Positions 1 through 12,692 of a stretch of 64,000 bases of DNA are shown in pieces. A program made the position numbers and the translations under genes. Source of the DNA: Octopus vulgaris (lineage: Eukaryota); assembly GCA_951406725.2 (NCBI GenBank), contig OX597838.1, positions 31,868,001-31,932,000 on the forward strand, read 5' to 3'. Within the stretch, counting starts at the first letter, position 1. Every line of letters begins with the position of its first letter. The notes beneath the pieces were generated by a model. The model saw only the letters and a list, made by a program, of their open reading frames with translations, was not told the DNA's origin and did not search any database.

Positions 1-641
1 ATCCGTTAACTTTCTGTATCTTCTTCCTGTAACTTTTACTTATACTACTACTACTACTACTACTACTACACCACCACCATTGCTGCTATCCTAAATTATT
101 CTATCATTATTGCTGGTGCTGCATAAAAAGCATCCTGTACACTGCAAATTAGTTGGTGTTCGGAAGGGCATCCATTTGTAGAGACCATACCAAAACAGGC
201 AATGGAGCCTGGTGTGTGTCCCCATCCCCAGCCTTACCAGCTCCTGTCAAACCCTCTAACCCATGCCAGCAGGGAAAATGGATGTTGAATAATGATGATG
301 ATGATGATGATGGTGGTTTCAGTCATTGGATCTCAGTGTGGTATAATAGATTACTTTGTGGAGGTGCATGGCATAGTGGTTAGGGTGTTGGACTCATGAT
401 CATAAGATTGTGGTTTCGATTCCTGGATCGGGTGATGTGTTGCTCCAGTCCACTCAGCTGGCAAAATTGAGTTAATCTTGCGATGAACAGGTGTCTCGTC
501 CAGGTGAGGAATATATATGCCATGAAACTGGGAAACCAGCCCTTACGAGTCAGTATGACTTGAGAAGGTAACCTTTAATTTTTCCTTTATAATAGATTAC
601 TTTAACCTCAGAATTAAAATTTTGATTGATACATATTTTAT

Positions 642-1048
642 TATCACCACAAGGTCCAGTTCTTGTTGTGGTGACTTGTGTACCCCAGTAGACCCGAGTG
701 CCAGCTCCTGGCAGAGCCTTTCATGCTGATCAGTTGAAAGGATAGAGGCCTGACTAATATGGACCACCTCTTCTCAGAAGTGAAAATGGGTTTGTGTAGG
801 GCTGTAAACACACCTATGTAGGAGGGGGAAAAAAAAAAAAAAGCAATGATAATTCAAAACCAACAAGACCTGGAAAGGGAGGCCTTACCCGAGAGAAACA
901 TATGACAGGGTGCTGAAAAATCCAAATAGAAATACGGGAGACTAACTGGAAAGAAGCAGAAAAGACAACCCAGAGTGGGAAACAGTTGAAAAAAGGGATG
1001 CTGATGTCCTGTGTTCCATAGGGAGGAAAGGGCTTAAGTGAAGAAATG
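642..1048 (+). mobile_element. Decayed bipartite RTE-type non-autonomous element (5' UTR-like part plus 3' end)
   Basis: 11-bp direct repeat ACATATTTTAT at 631-641 and 1049-1059; both halves resemble RTE ends as I recall them. Confidence 0.45.
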
Positions 1049-1380
1049 ACATATTTTATAACCTCAGAAAAACAAAAAGGACATGGGTGAAATTTGAACT
1101 TGGTTCAATGTGTTTTGTCTGTTGCTATACCAGTCCTGTTATCTGTCCCCTATTCTACGACAATCCCCGTTCTTCTGTCAAATGTTGTGATGACTGACTA
1201 AACATTCTAATGTTACAAGCACCTTATCAATCCCTGCCTCGGATACGCTCCTCTCGTTTATCCCAATTTGCATATTAAATTTAAATTAGCAGAAACAGCT
1301 GAATGAATTCTTCAATATCAAAGCCTTGCTTCTATTAATGACGTCTTCATTAAACAATAATTATTTTCCTGTCATTGTAG

Positions 1381-1487
1381 TGTGCCTGCTGTTATGCCTT
1401 GATGCTGTGTCTCTTGAATACCGACAACATCAGGCAATTATTCCGGTGGTCAGTTGTAAATTAGTTTACCTTACCATTGCCGACAGT
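1381..1487 (+). CDS. BLTP2: BLTP2/KIAA0100 coding exon (window exon 1): CLLLCLDAVSLEYRQHQAIIPVVSCKLVYLTIADS
   Basis: ttgtag| acceptor, |gtaagt donor, open frame, ends in phase 0 matching the next exon. Homology is not recognisable by eye in this part. Confidence 0.7.
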
Positions 1488-2290
1488 GTAAGTATTAATG
1501 GTTCTTCAGAGCTTCAGCCCAGCCCAGGTATTTCAGTTGCTGTTTATAACCCAGGACAGCCCCCAATCCAGTAAATCTTTGCTCAAACCCATTTTAGTTG
1601 TGATCATCTTGTATCTTAGACTGTATTAGCTAAAGTATGTCCTTCTGCTTTTTAAGATGAGAGGATGATATTTGAGGGAATTTTGACTACTATTTCTAGC
1701 AATTGAATGACAACTTACAATCTCTCTCTCTAAAATATTAGCTGGTGTTTCTGTGTAATAAATGCGGTGCACTACTCTACTGTAGCTTCAACATTGTCAT
1801 TGCAAACCACTGTTGCTACTATCCTATACAATTTTAATCTTTCATTGATTTCAGTCTTTGAACCTCAGTGCAGCCCTACCTTTTAAGGTATAGTCAATTA
1901 CTTGGACCCCAGAATTATTTTATTGACTTCTTACATATCATTTTGACTCTAGAAAGATGGACAAAGTGGATCTGGGTGGGATTTGAACTTTGATCAATGT
2001 GTTTTGTCTGTTGCTATCCCAATTCTGTTGTTTCTCCCCACTATATCTGTAAAGTAATTCGGCCCTAAACAAATAATCTCAACCATTTTAGGGAGCTGCT
2101 TACTCTTGATGAGAATCGTCCCTTATTTATAACAAACATCAAGGTTAAGCATTGCCCTCCTAATATGTTTAAGGTTAATTTTAACTGGCTCACTCTGTGT
2201 TCCAAGTGACAGGAGTGTATTACTTTGGCAACAGACAATTTTTTAAATCTATACTATTTGCTAATTCTTTGTTTTGCCATCTTTGTACAG

Positions 2291-2377
2291 TTCCTGACTC
2301 TGCAGAAATGTGCCGATATTAAAGACTCTGTCATTCAGCTCCATGAAGTCCAAATCAACTATAAACCGGTGGAAAAG
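2291..2377 (+). CDS. BLTP2: BLTP2 exon 2: FLTLQKCADIKDSVIQLHEVQINYKPVEK
   Basis: tacag| ... AAG|gttggt, phase 0-0, open frame. Confidence 0.75.
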
Positions 2378-2896
2378 GTTGGTAGCAGACTTGAAAACAA
2401 TTCATTACTTTATATCATGTTTTCTGTGTCCACCCTGGGGCAATTGGGATAAAATTGAAGAGAAGTGTGTTTGTGTGTGTGTGTGTTTTATATCCTGGTG
2501 TTGGATAAATAATTTAACAAAGCAGGGGGAAAGAAAGTATTCACATGATGCACTTCTATTACTGTCACATGAAGTTAAGCGTTCTCTGCCAACAGCTCAC
2601 AGTGAAATGCTTCCCTGAACTCTGACAGTTCTTTTTTTTATAGCAATGTGCCAGTCCACTTTTAGTCACATGGTGTGGTCGGAATCCTTCTGCAACAGTG
2701 TGTGTGATTTGTTGTCACAGAAGAGAAGCTGTGTCATATGAGCTTCTGGGAGAACAAGAACTCTAAGTAGTATCACACTTCCAAACTTAGAACTGTGAAT
2801 TGATGTAACTGTGTGTGTGTGTGTGTGCATGTGCTTGTTTTGTAGACTTGCTCGTGTTTTTCTCTGTCCACCTGTATGTGTGAGCGTGTGTTTATA

Positions 2897-3161
2897 CAGT
2901 TGTGGTCAAAAGTTTGGAACATTTTTTTAAAAGATTAAAATTGTTATACCTGAGTACAATTCAATTCAAATATATGCAACATAGAGATATACTTACCTTA
3001 TCGCTGATTCAATGGGTCAATATTTAGAAGAAAAAATTTCCAAACCTGTATTCCAAACTTTTGACCAAGTAATAATATATTGCAAATTAAATATAACTTT
3101 GGGCATTTAATATAAAAATTCTAATTTTCAGACTTATGTTCCAAACTTTTGGCCACAACTT
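2897..3161. mobile_element. Tc1/mariner-type MITE
   Basis: About 26-bp TIRs CAGTTGTGGTCAAAAGTTTGGAACAT / ATGTTCCAAACTTTTGGCCACAACTT, flanked by TA. Confidence 0.85.
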
Positions 3162-3489
3162 TATGTGTGCATCTTTTTATATTATTTTGCATATTTGTTT
3201 TAGTTTATTTTTGTTGTGTGTGAATTTGTAGCTAGATGACAGTGTGTTTTGAACCACCACATTTCCCAGTTTCAGACCACAGCTATCATAAAGGCATTAA
3301 GCATACTTGATTGTGGCTCAGTCAATCAGGTCAACTGGTGAGTCGAAATCTTCCCACCAAATCATTTATAGAATGTCCTGCCAGGTCTTCTGCCGGGGAA
3401 GACCCGGCAGGACAAGTGGGACCATAACCCATGGCCTCTACCTGGGACGTAGCCAGCCCACTTATGCATACCTTTCCTTCTTGTGACAC

Positions 3490-3968
3490 AAACCCTACTT
3501 GTAAAGACCTGTTGAGGCAAGTGAAAATCAAAATCAAAATCAAAATCGAAATTGATCAACATTAGTGGAAATTGTAGCTGTGATACCAGTGCCGATGGCG
3601 TGTAAGAGAACCATCCGAACGTGGCTGTTGCCAGCGCTGCCCCGACTGGCCTCTGTGCCGGTGGCACGTAAAATGCACCATCCGATTGTGGCCGTTGCCA
3701 GCCTCGTCTGGCCCCCGTGCTGGTGGCATGTAAAAAGCACCATCCGACCGTGGCCGTTTGCCAGCCTCGTCTGGCACCTGTGCAGGTGGCACGTAAAAAA
3801 CACCCACTACACTCACGGAGTGGTTGGCGTTAGGAAGGGCATCCAGCCGTAGAAACACTACCAGATCAGACTGGGCCTGGTGCAGCCTTCTGGCTTCCCA
3901 GACCCCAGTTGAACTGTCCAACCCATGCTAGCATGGAAAACGGACGTTAAACGATAATGATGATGATG
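3490..3968 (+). mobile_element. SINE-like family C with internal ~60-nt tandem units and a (GAT)n tail. Other copies at ~16960-17087, 19652-19800, 30593-30955, 45800-46078, 47150-47595, 52765-53010 (+) and 36055-36510 (-)
   Basis: Near-identical dispersed copies; repeated GTGGCACGTAAAAAGCACCATCCGA unit. Confidence 0.85.
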
Positions 3969-4182
3969 AATGTTCTGGAACTTTTTTGCTGATGATACAT
4001 AAAGAGTGACCAAATCTAACTAAAACGAGCTATCAGATTCTACGGGAGGTTATGTTGTTTCTCAGTTATTCTATCTTTAAATATTAACAATGGCTGAAGA
4101 CACTAAACAGAGTTATTGTTGTCATCATCATTCTCATCATCATCATATGTCTGTTGTCCATGCTGGCATAGGTTGGACGACA

Positions 4183-4390
4183 TGAGCTGGCAGAAACGTT
4201 AGCAGGCGAAGTGCTTAGCGGTATTTCGTCTGCTGCTACGTTCTGAGTTCAAATTCCGCCGAGGTCGACTTTGCCTTTCATCCTTTCGGGGTCGATTAAA
4301 TAAGTACCAGTTAGGCACTGGGGTTGATATAATCGACTTAATCCGTTTGTCTGTCCTTGTTTGTCCCCTCTGTGCAAACCAGGAAGAAAT
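4183..4390 (+). mobile_element. SINE family B. Other copies at ~7257-7437(-), 22015-22460(+, two), 25192-25330(+), 25327-25560(-), 40293-40513(+), 44420-44653(-), 48585-48800(-), 56433-56662(+), 58343-58560(+)
   Basis: Dispersed near-identical GAGCTGGCAGAA...GAGTTCAAATTCCGCCGAGGTCGAC...AAGTACCAG; B-box-like GAGTTCAAATTCC. Confidence 0.88.
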
Positions 4391-5080
4391 ATTATGTAAA
4401 GTCATTTTTGTTTCTGTAACTTGATCTGTCCTTGCTGATTATGAATTGTTGTGGCATTTATACCAGCCTGCTGCAGTGACCAAATGTTCTTTGTCAATTT
4501 TCAAATGCTGTAGAAAAACATACAAATGAAAAATTGTAAACAGTTTGGTGAGATTTTGTGAATTGAACACACAACACACAAATCTTATTTATTGTCAATT
4601 ATTTATTAACTTACATCACAGCCAGTGACAGTGCTTGGCCTAGTGGTCAGAGTGTTGCACTCATGATCACAAGATCTTGGTTTCAATTCTCTGACTGAGT
4701 GATGCATTGTGTTCTTGAGCAAGATACTTCATTTCACTTTGCTGTGTGATTGTTTTGACTTGTGATGTGTGACACATCATTCCCCTGTAGAGGCAATGTC
4801 GATTTGATGAAAGGAGTTAGCTAATGGACAGTACAAATGTTTGATCACTATAACCAAAATCACCTGTGCAGGTTGCTCGACCAGACGTTGCAGAACCCTT
4901 GTATATTGTCTATGACAGAAGGGTTGACATCATAGCCACACTGAAAATGTTTGCCTGTTTTTGAGTATGTTGTTTCTGTCACTATATATTTGAGATTGTA
5001 CATCTTGTATGTGAGTTTGTGTTGTTGCTGCCAAAGTTACTTCTCGATAACTACTTTAATCCACCTATGTTACCTTTCAG

Positions 5081-5192
5081 GGCCTCACTCTCTTAATTCC
5101 ACATGAAATCCAATTATTCTGGGAGACATGCATTCATTGCTGCCTGATACAGTTCTTAGAAGATGTTCAGAACCTCCAGAAGAAGCTGAAAG
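5081..5192 (+). CDS. BLTP2: BLTP2 exon 3: GLTLLIPHEIQLFWETCIHCCLIQFLEDVQNLQKKLK
   Basis: tttcag| ... AAG|gtttgt, phase 0-1. Confidence 0.8.
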
Positions 5193-5741
5193 GTTTGTAT
5201 AAGATTTTTCCCCCTCACATCAGAAGATGGGGCAAAACTAAAGTCAGTGAAGCATTTACCTTTTGCTTGTTTCAGTCACAGGGCTGCTGCAATGCCAGAG
5301 CACCACCATGAAGGGTTTGGTCAAGCAAATCACACCCCGGGATTTATTATTTTAAGAGTCTGATATTTCCTCTATTAACCTCTTTTGTTCAACTGCTGAC
5401 TTATAGGGACATAAACAAAACAACACTGGTCATCAAGCGGTGTGGGGACAAACACAAAGACACATACACACATATACGGCAGGCTTCCACACAGTTTTCA
5501 TCGACCAAATTCATTCATAAGACATTGCTCAGTCTTCTTCTATAAATTTTGCTTGTCAGTATTTGCAGTTTGGGTCTCTGAATCCGTTTTAATCTACCCT
5601 ACACGTGTGTGTGTGTGGTGTGTATGTAATTTCATGCTCACACACACACGCTACACACAAACATCAAGGTGAAACAAAGAATGAATTAATATCACATAAA
5701 ATGCAATTGTATTCATGATCTTCCTTTGATTTTTTTTTCAG

Positions 5742-5895
5742 AGTTATCTGCTGCTAGTGGTGCTGCTGCTGTTGTTGGTGAACCAAAAGTCCAAAAGACA
5801 TCGGTGCTATCAGATGTGAAATCCAAGAATATTTCCATTAATCTTATTCTACAAGCAAGAGCTGTCTTTTCAGCAAATCTTCCCGGCAACCACAA
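5742..5895 (+). CDS. BLTP2: BLTP2 exon 4: ELSAASGAAAVVGEPKVQKTSVLSDVKSKNISINLILQARAVFSANLPGNH
   Basis: ttttcag| ... |gtgagt, phase 1-2, compatible with both neighbours. Confidence 0.8.
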
Positions 5896-6019
5896 GTGAG
5901 TTGTTGGTATTATTGTCAAGGCTTATTCAGGGCCCACCTTGCACTTGATACAGACCTCTTTCTGCTGTATAGCACTATCACAATTTATCCATCTCTATCT
6001 CTCTTTCACACACACACAC

Positions 6020-6320
6020 ACCTCGAAAGAGCTGTTCTTCACTCCTGCTCCAGAGCGTCGGCTGCGCGGTCATTCCGAAAAGCTCTACCTGCGACGATTT
6101 CATCTCAATCGAAGGAGAGGAGCTTTCTCCGTCCGGGTTGCGGATCCGTGGAACAAGCTGCCAGACGAGATGGTGAAGATGCCGACGACCGCTTTGTTCA
6201 AAGCCTCCCTTGACCTCAAGTGGCCTGAACTCTTTACATGAACACCACCCTGTACTTAACTCCATGGCCCCCTACATGGCCTTGCTATTTGCTTTGAGCC
6301 AAATTAACTAACTAACTAAC
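6020..6320 (+). mobile_element. CR1-clade LINE 3' fragment
   Basis: RLRGHSEKL...FSVRVADPWNKLP C-terminal motif; (AACT)n tail. Confidence 0.8.
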
Positions 6321-6556
6321 ACACACACTAGAGTGTGTGTATGTTGTATTTGTCTCTTTCTGTTCTCTGTTCCACTATTACTCTCTCTCTCTCTCTCTCT
6401 CCCTCTCTCATTACTCTGTCATTATCGATTACTCCCTCCCTCTTATTACCAGTATCAGTCACTCTCTCTCTTTATCTCTCTCCCTCTTATCACCCTGCCA
6501 GTGTCGGTCACTCTCTCTTTATTTCTCTCTCTCTCTCTCTCTCTTCTATATCCCAG

Positions 6557-6668
6557 TATGACAATCTTCATTGATGGTTTAGTCCTGTCAAAAACTTCCA
6601 AAGATGTTCTAACAGAAATTCCTCAAGTCGACATCCACTTTGATGATAATTCTATATTTTATATTGAA
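6557..6668 (+). CDS. BLTP2: BLTP2 exon 5: NMTIFIDGLVLSKTSKDVLTEIPQVDIHFDDNSIFYIE
   Basis: (CT)n tract then cccag| ... |gtaagt, phase 2-0. Confidence 0.85.
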
Positions 6669-7439
6669 GTAAGTTCATTTTCTTGTTTTTTTCACTCTCC
6701 TTTTCCTACCTTTAATATCTCCTTCTTCTCCTCCTCCTCCTCCTCCTCCTGATATCTTTCTGTTACATGTGACATAACTGATAGTGGCTACAGTATCGGT
6801 GGTAGTTGTATGAGTGGTGGAGATGGTAGTAATAGTAGTAGTAGTAATAATGGTGTTCATTGTATGATTGATAGTGATGGTGTTGGTGATAGGAGTTTAC
6901 AGGCAATGGTGGGAGTGATGGTAGTTGTAGATGTTACTTTAGTGATGATGACAATGATGATGATGATAATAATATTAGTTGTATTAGTGATGATGATGAT
7001 GTTGGTGGTAGTGTAGGAATTATGGGTGAAATAAGCATCAGAGATACTTAGCCCCATGCAGAAACTGCAGGGGCTACTCAGAGGTTTGGCAAGCTCTTCT
7101 CAATCCATTGCAAAGCTGGAAACCCTTCCGTGTCACCAGCTGCCATCTCAGGATTACAAACAATTTTTTACTCTTTAGCCTGTACACTTTGTCGGGCAAC
7201 AAGGACTGAGCCAGTCCTCACCTGCAGAAGGGTTCCACTTGCAGTCTCTTATCAACCTATTTCTTTACTACCCACAAGGGGCTAAACACAGAGGGGACAA
7301 GCAAGGACAGACAAACGGATTAAGTCGATTACATCGACCCCAGTGCGTAACTGGTACTTAATTTATCGACCCCGAAAGGATGAAAGGCAAAGTCGACCTC
7401 GGTGGAATTTGAACTCACAATGTAACGGCAGCCGAAAAC

Positions 7440-7715
7440 CATGACCATCTTGAGTTTGTTTTAGCTGCTGTGCTTATCTCCTTGATGACTTTCTTCAGTT
7501 TGTCTGGTTTTCAGACTTATATTTGGCAAAAACTAGGGCCCAGACCCAGTCTGAAAAACCACAGCAGCTGACTTCAATGAGGAATGAGGCTGCATGCCAT
7601 CCCTCAGCAGGGGCCTCATCGACTAAATCCCGATATTTCTTTTTCTTTACCTGGTGGGAAATTTCGAGTTTGTTCTCCCAGGGCATTGTGAGTTTGACTG
7701 CAATGATTGTTTTCG
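7440..7715 (-). mobile_element. HERO-like non-LTR retrotransposon, restriction-like endonuclease (RLE) remnant
   Basis: LTMPWENKLEISHQVKKKKYRDLV...GW...IEVSCCGF resembles the ELTVPWE...K..KY...VEVGCRGF motif. Confidence 0.7.
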
Positions 7716-7834
7716 GTAGCAGTAGTAATGGTGACGGAGTAATAACAGCAGTACTTCAGTACTAGTGGTTGTGGTGGGAGAGACCGAGTACTGGTGCTAT
7801 GTCAACTAAACCATTTGTGCTGTAGAGGGTTACA

Positions 7835-8110
7835 TCATCATCATCATCATCATTGTTCGACTGTGGTCGAGACAATGGAATTTACCATGCTACGCCAGAT
7901 TTGACGGTCCATCATAGCATTACAGAGGTCCTGTTGCTGGATGCTTGTATCCCTGGAGATGACATCAGGGTAGGAGAGTGTGCGCCCTCTGGTATTGCGA
8001 GTAGATGGCTTCCAGAGGAGAAGAGTAGAAATTGCCTCGTTTTCAGCTCTAAAACAATGTCCAGCAAACTGGACTCTCCTACCTTTCACACCTTACAGAG
8101 GGTTACAGCA
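7835..8110 (-). mobile_element. RTE-group LINE 3' fragment with (GAT)n tail. Copies at 27721-27965(-), 28066-28203(+), 50891-51038(+)
   Basis: RRVQFAGHCFRA...LLLWKP...RGR C-terminal motif; four near-identical copies. Confidence 0.8.
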
Positions 8111-8699
8111 TTATATCATCATCATCATCATCATTGTCATCATTTAATGTTTCTGTTCCATTTTTGCGTGGGTTGGACCTTCTGACAAGGATCCAATGAG
8201 GCAAGGACTGCATCATACCCTGCATCATGGTTTCTATGGTTAGTTGCCCTTCCTTACACCAACCACTTCACAGTGTGTACTGGATGCTTCTTTGGTGTCT
8301 CCGGCACTATTGAGGTCACCATGTTAGCTTGCAAGTGAATAAACCCAAGAAAGAGGCATGTTGCATTTGTATGTTAGATGACGGCTAAGGTGGGAGGGAA
8401 GAGGTCGGCATAGGGCAGGTTCTCATAAAGAAGCTACAGGGCTTCTCAGATTTAAGAGCGAGAGTGAGAATGAATTAGAGATTTCTCCAAGGAGATAGAC
8501 AGTAGTGATGAAATGTCCAAGTGGCACCTCAGATAGCAGGAACAGTAGTGGGGGGTTTGCAAGAAGGTATGAGAGAAGGGGTTGCATGAGTTGGGGAGAC
8601 TACAAGCAAGGATGCTTGCTAGCAGAAGGGTAGTAATGATACCATTGATAGTGGGTAGAAAAGAGATGTGTTCAGGCAGGCTGATATCTCGTTTTCTCG

Positions 8700-9075
8700 T
8701 TTTACTTGTTTCAGTCATTTTGACTGTGGCCATGCTGGAGCACCACCTTTTAATCGAGCAACTTGACCCCGGGACTTATTCTTTATAAGCCCAGTACTTA
8801 TTCTATTGGTCTCTTTTGCCGAACTGCTTAGTGACGTGGACATTAACACAACAGCATCGGTTGTCAAGCAATGCTAGGGTGACAAACACACACGCACATA
8901 CATATATATACATATATACGACGGGCTTCTTTCAGTTTCCGTCTACCAAATCCACTCACAAGGCTTTGGTCAGGCCCGAGGCTATAGTAGAAGACACTTG
9001 CCCAAGGTGCCACGCAGTGGGACTGAACCCGGAACCATGTGGTTGGTAAACAAGCTACTTACCACACAGCCACTC
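8700..9075 (-). mobile_element. tRNA-derived SINE family A. Other copies at ~15825-16196(+), 19478-20020(+), 24040-24388(-), 26617-27020(+), 32891-33332(+), 33745-34178(-), 34700-35083(+), 54770-55126(+), 58141-58300(+), 60193-60610(+)
   Basis: A box TGGCTGTGTGG, B box GGTTCAGTCCC, internal (TA)n/(TG)n, (GTAAAAGA)n tail. Confidence 0.92.
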
Positions 9076-9908
9076 ATTTCAAAACCAGAATACATCCATT
9101 GGAATGACTTTTGAGTCGTTCTTTAAAACAACCACCTGAATATATCTGGGTTTGATTGGAAGACTAAGATTTGCCTCCTGTCTATACGGCATCTATCCTA
9201 GTTTGACTGAAAAAAATTTCATGTGCATGAAACCAGCAGCTTGCAGATTGTGCTTTAATTGTTATCATGAAATCGACCAAATATGCACTTATACCGGATT
9301 TGAAAGTAAGCCCCTCTCTTACTCACTCGCTCGCTCGCACACACGTACATGCATGCGTGCATGCGTGCGCGCACACACACACACACACACACAGAGTTTT
9401 GTTTTAAGGTACGCGTCACAGGTGTTCTGGGATGCAGTGCCAGTGATGCTTCTGGGGATTTGGGATTTTGGGTCTTTCAACATCAGATGCCCTTTACCAA
9501 CTGACCCAGCCAGGGTTGACCAAGTCTTTGTTCACATCTTAGTAATTGGCTGGAATGGCTCCAACGTGAATCGTGTAGCTGCTTGAATTTCAACAAACAG
9601 TCTAAAGCACAAGCACCCACTTATATGCACCCCCACCACACACATACACACATACATTCATCCACAGTGGTGTTCTTCCTGTTTCTGTCTACGAAATCCA
9701 CAGACAAGATTTTGGACAGCCAAAGGCTGTCTTGTCCTTGGTGCCACATAGTGGGACTAAACCCAAAACCACATGGCTGTGAAGTGAACTTCTGAACCCT
9801 ATTCTCATGCATTGAATGTATAGATATCTATATATGTTCACCATATTCTTTTTATTTGGGTATCCCTATCCTAACTCCTTAATTTTATAACACCTTTCTC
9901 TTTTGCAG

Positions 9909-9994
9909 GATCTATTGTTGGAGAGTTTTTCAGAGAGTCCACTCCAAAGAGAGCGAGAAGCTTTCAAAGAAATTTCTCCCTATAACCGGGCTTT
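9909..9994 (+). CDS. BLTP2: BLTP2 exon 6: DLLLESFSESPLQREREAFKEISPYNRA
   Basis: tttgcag| ... |gtaagt, phase 0-2. Confidence 0.85.
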
Positions 9995-10964
9995 GTAAGT
10001 AGTCTTGCTTTATTTTGGAGCAGATTCTACACACTACACCATATATTATATAAATTCATCATCATCATTGGTCAATGTCCACTTTCCATGCTGGCATGGG
10101 TTGGACGGTTTGACTGAGGACTAGCGAGCCAGATGGCTGAATTAGTTGGGGTAAATCTCAGCTGTTCCTTTTTGAAGCACATCTACTTATTCCAATATTA
10201 CAATCAAATGTATCCATAGTTGGTGCTGTATGCGAGTCAAAAATATATAACATGTAAATCTTTGTATTTCCTATTAGCAAATGAAACACATGTAATGGAG
10301 AATAAATAATAGCCAAGAATTTCCATTTTTTTTATTATATGTGTGTGTGTGTGTGTAGGAATACTTAGTATAAATATTTGGTTCTTACATAAGTGTTAGC
10401 ATTGCAGTGAAATGAACTCAGCATTGGGTGTTCCAACTTTATTTGGATGCCTCACTGTGGTGGATCATCAGGAGAACATGTTTTGCATTCTATTACAGAG
10501 ATCAATTTGTGGCTCTAGTCAACCTCTTCCCTCAGAGATATTTAATCTCTGTGGCAGAATTCAACAAAGTGTTCCCCTGATGATCCATTGTTGTTGTTGT
10601 TATTTGTTCCTTCTCGAGCCATGCCTGGCTCATAAGTGCTGGTTTCCCGGTTTCTTGGTGTATAGGTTCCCAACCTGGACGGTACGCCGGTCCGTCGCAG
10701 GTGAGCTGCAAGATGTAGGAGGAAAGAGTGAGAGGAAGTTGTGGCGAAAGAGTCAGCAGAAGTTTCACCATTACCTTCTGCCGGAACCGCGTGGAGCTTA
10801 GGTGTTTCACTCATAAACACACACATTGTCCGGTCTGAGATTTGAACCCGCGATCCCTCGACCGTGAGTCCGCTGCTCTTCCAAAAACTACGGCGGTGAA
10901 ACATGTAGGAACTAAATATTTTTGTTGGTGTTTATCTTAATTTCCACTATAAATAAATATATAT

Positions 10965-11305
10965 GTGAAAGTGCATGGCTCAGTGGTTAGAGTATTGGGC
11001 TCACAATCATGAGGTAGTGTGTTCAGTTCTTGAACTGGGCTGTGTGTTGTATTCTTGAGCAAGACAATTTATTTCACATTGCTCCAGTCTACTCAGTTGT
11101 AGAAATGAGTTGTGACGTCACTGGTGCCAAGCTGTATTGGCCCCTTTGCCTTTCCCTCGGGTAACATTGGTGGTGTGGAGAGGGGAGGTTGGTATGCGTA
11201 GCTGACTGCTGGTCTTCCATAAGCAACCTTGCCCGGGCTTGTGCCTCGGAGGACAACTTTCTAGGTGCAATCCCATGGTCAGTCATGACCGAAGGGAGTC
11301 TTTAC
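10965..11305 (+). mobile_element. tRNA-headed SINE. Related copies at ~362-575(+), 4630-4930(+), 20615-20900(-)
   Basis: TGGCTCAGTGGTTAGAG head followed by CTTGAGCAAGACA core. Confidence 0.7.
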
Positions 11306-11322
11306 TCGTTACCCTATATATA

Positions 11323-12532
11323 CACTGGCACAACAAGAAGTAAATAGACACCCTTATAATCATTAAAATTTCTTTAAATCTGAAATAATACATTCAAATT
11401 ATATATTAATTGTTATAATATGAATATCTAATATTTAGCAGACATGCTCTTTGCATTTTTCAATGCAAGGACCCTATTAGGCCTGTTACTTATCAGATGA
11501 CAAATATTCTCTTGAGGAATTTCTTGCCAAGTTTCATGCAGTAATCTCAAAAGATCTGGCTTTCAAGATGCTTTCTTGTTCTTTTTATGAAGTGTCCTGT
11601 CCATTATGCCCCAGAAGTGTTCAATAGGGTTCATATCTGGTGACTGGTTTGGTCACGGAACTTCATCCAACAAATCTTGAGTCAATTTAGCCATGTGACA
11701 AGGAGCCCCATTTCCCATAAATAAAGAGTCTTCTTTAATCATTTCACCATTGGAGAAGATTGGAAGGAGTCCTTTCTGCAATATGCACATATATTTATCT
11801 GAGTTTATGTTTCCCTTACACTCCACCATCTCTGGTCAACCTTTGCTCCAAATTGTTCCCCAGACCATCGCAGAATAGCTGCCGTGTTTCATTGTTGGCT
11901 GCAATCTTTTCACATCAAATTCTTGATCACAGAGTCTCCAGACCCCCACTTGACCACTGTCAGGAAATACAGCAAATCTGGACTCATTGGAGAATATGAC
12001 AGTGTCCCAAATAGCTAGTGGCCTCTCCAATCATCTCACTGGCCCAATCTTTTCTCCACTTGATGTTGGCTGGTCAAAGATGTGGCTTCCTTCCTGCTGC
12101 TCTGCCATAGCAACCAAGTCCGTGGAGATACCTGACAGCTGTTCTGGGATTGATATCAATGTGTTTTGCTATGTCAGAGGCCTTGCAACAAAGATTATCC
12201 TCTACACTTCTCTTAGCAAAGAAAAGGGTCCTGTCAGAGGACTCAGGTTGATCTGGGTGAGCTGATATGGACTCCTTCCTCTCACTGTAGAAAGTAGGAT
12301 CCCAAGGTTTTCTGTAATTTTACGCTGATTATGTCCACTTTCAGAATGCCCCACAATATGCCCTCTGAGAAATTCAGACAGTTCCAAGGCTTCTTTTGTA
12401 CATGGCATGATTAAACAGTCACATATAGAACTTGAAACATAAAAATGTCAATTAATAAAAAAAAAATAAACCCTTTACTAGTTAGAATAAACATATATTT
12501 TATGGGGTGTCTATTTACTTCTGTCATGTCTG
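11323..12532 (-). mobile_element. Decayed full-length Tc1-family DNA transposon (frameshifted transposase)
   Basis: TIR core AGAAGTAAATAGACACCC (11336-11353) with its reverse complement at 12505-12522; minus-strand peptides ELSEFLRGHIVG..., VIFSNESRF, KHG...MVWG, QSPDMNPIEHFW. Confidence 0.92.
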
Positions 12533-12622
12533 TCATGTCCTCATCCTCATCATCATTTAACATCCATTTTCCATGCATACACACACATATCCTATATTTA
12601 TCTTTTATTTTTATTTTCAAAG

Positions 12623-12692
12623 GATCGTCTCTATGAAAAAGTTATCAATAAATTTCCCATACGAATATAATATTGGGGTTTGTTTTGAAGAG
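12623..12692 (+). CDS. BLTP2: BLTP2 exon 7: LIVSMKKLSINFPYEYNIGVCFEE
   Basis: ttcaaag| ... GAG|gtaaga, phase 2-0; FPYEY resembles human BLTP2 FPYQY (recalled). Confidence 0.9.

Noticed and set aside
3540-3921. Recurrent ORFs such as MDSSTGVWEARRLHQAQSDL and YDGLLSVSVYQIHSQGFGRPEAIVEDTCPRCHAVGLNPEPCGW
   Set aside because: Chance reading frames in multicopy SINEs, not genes.
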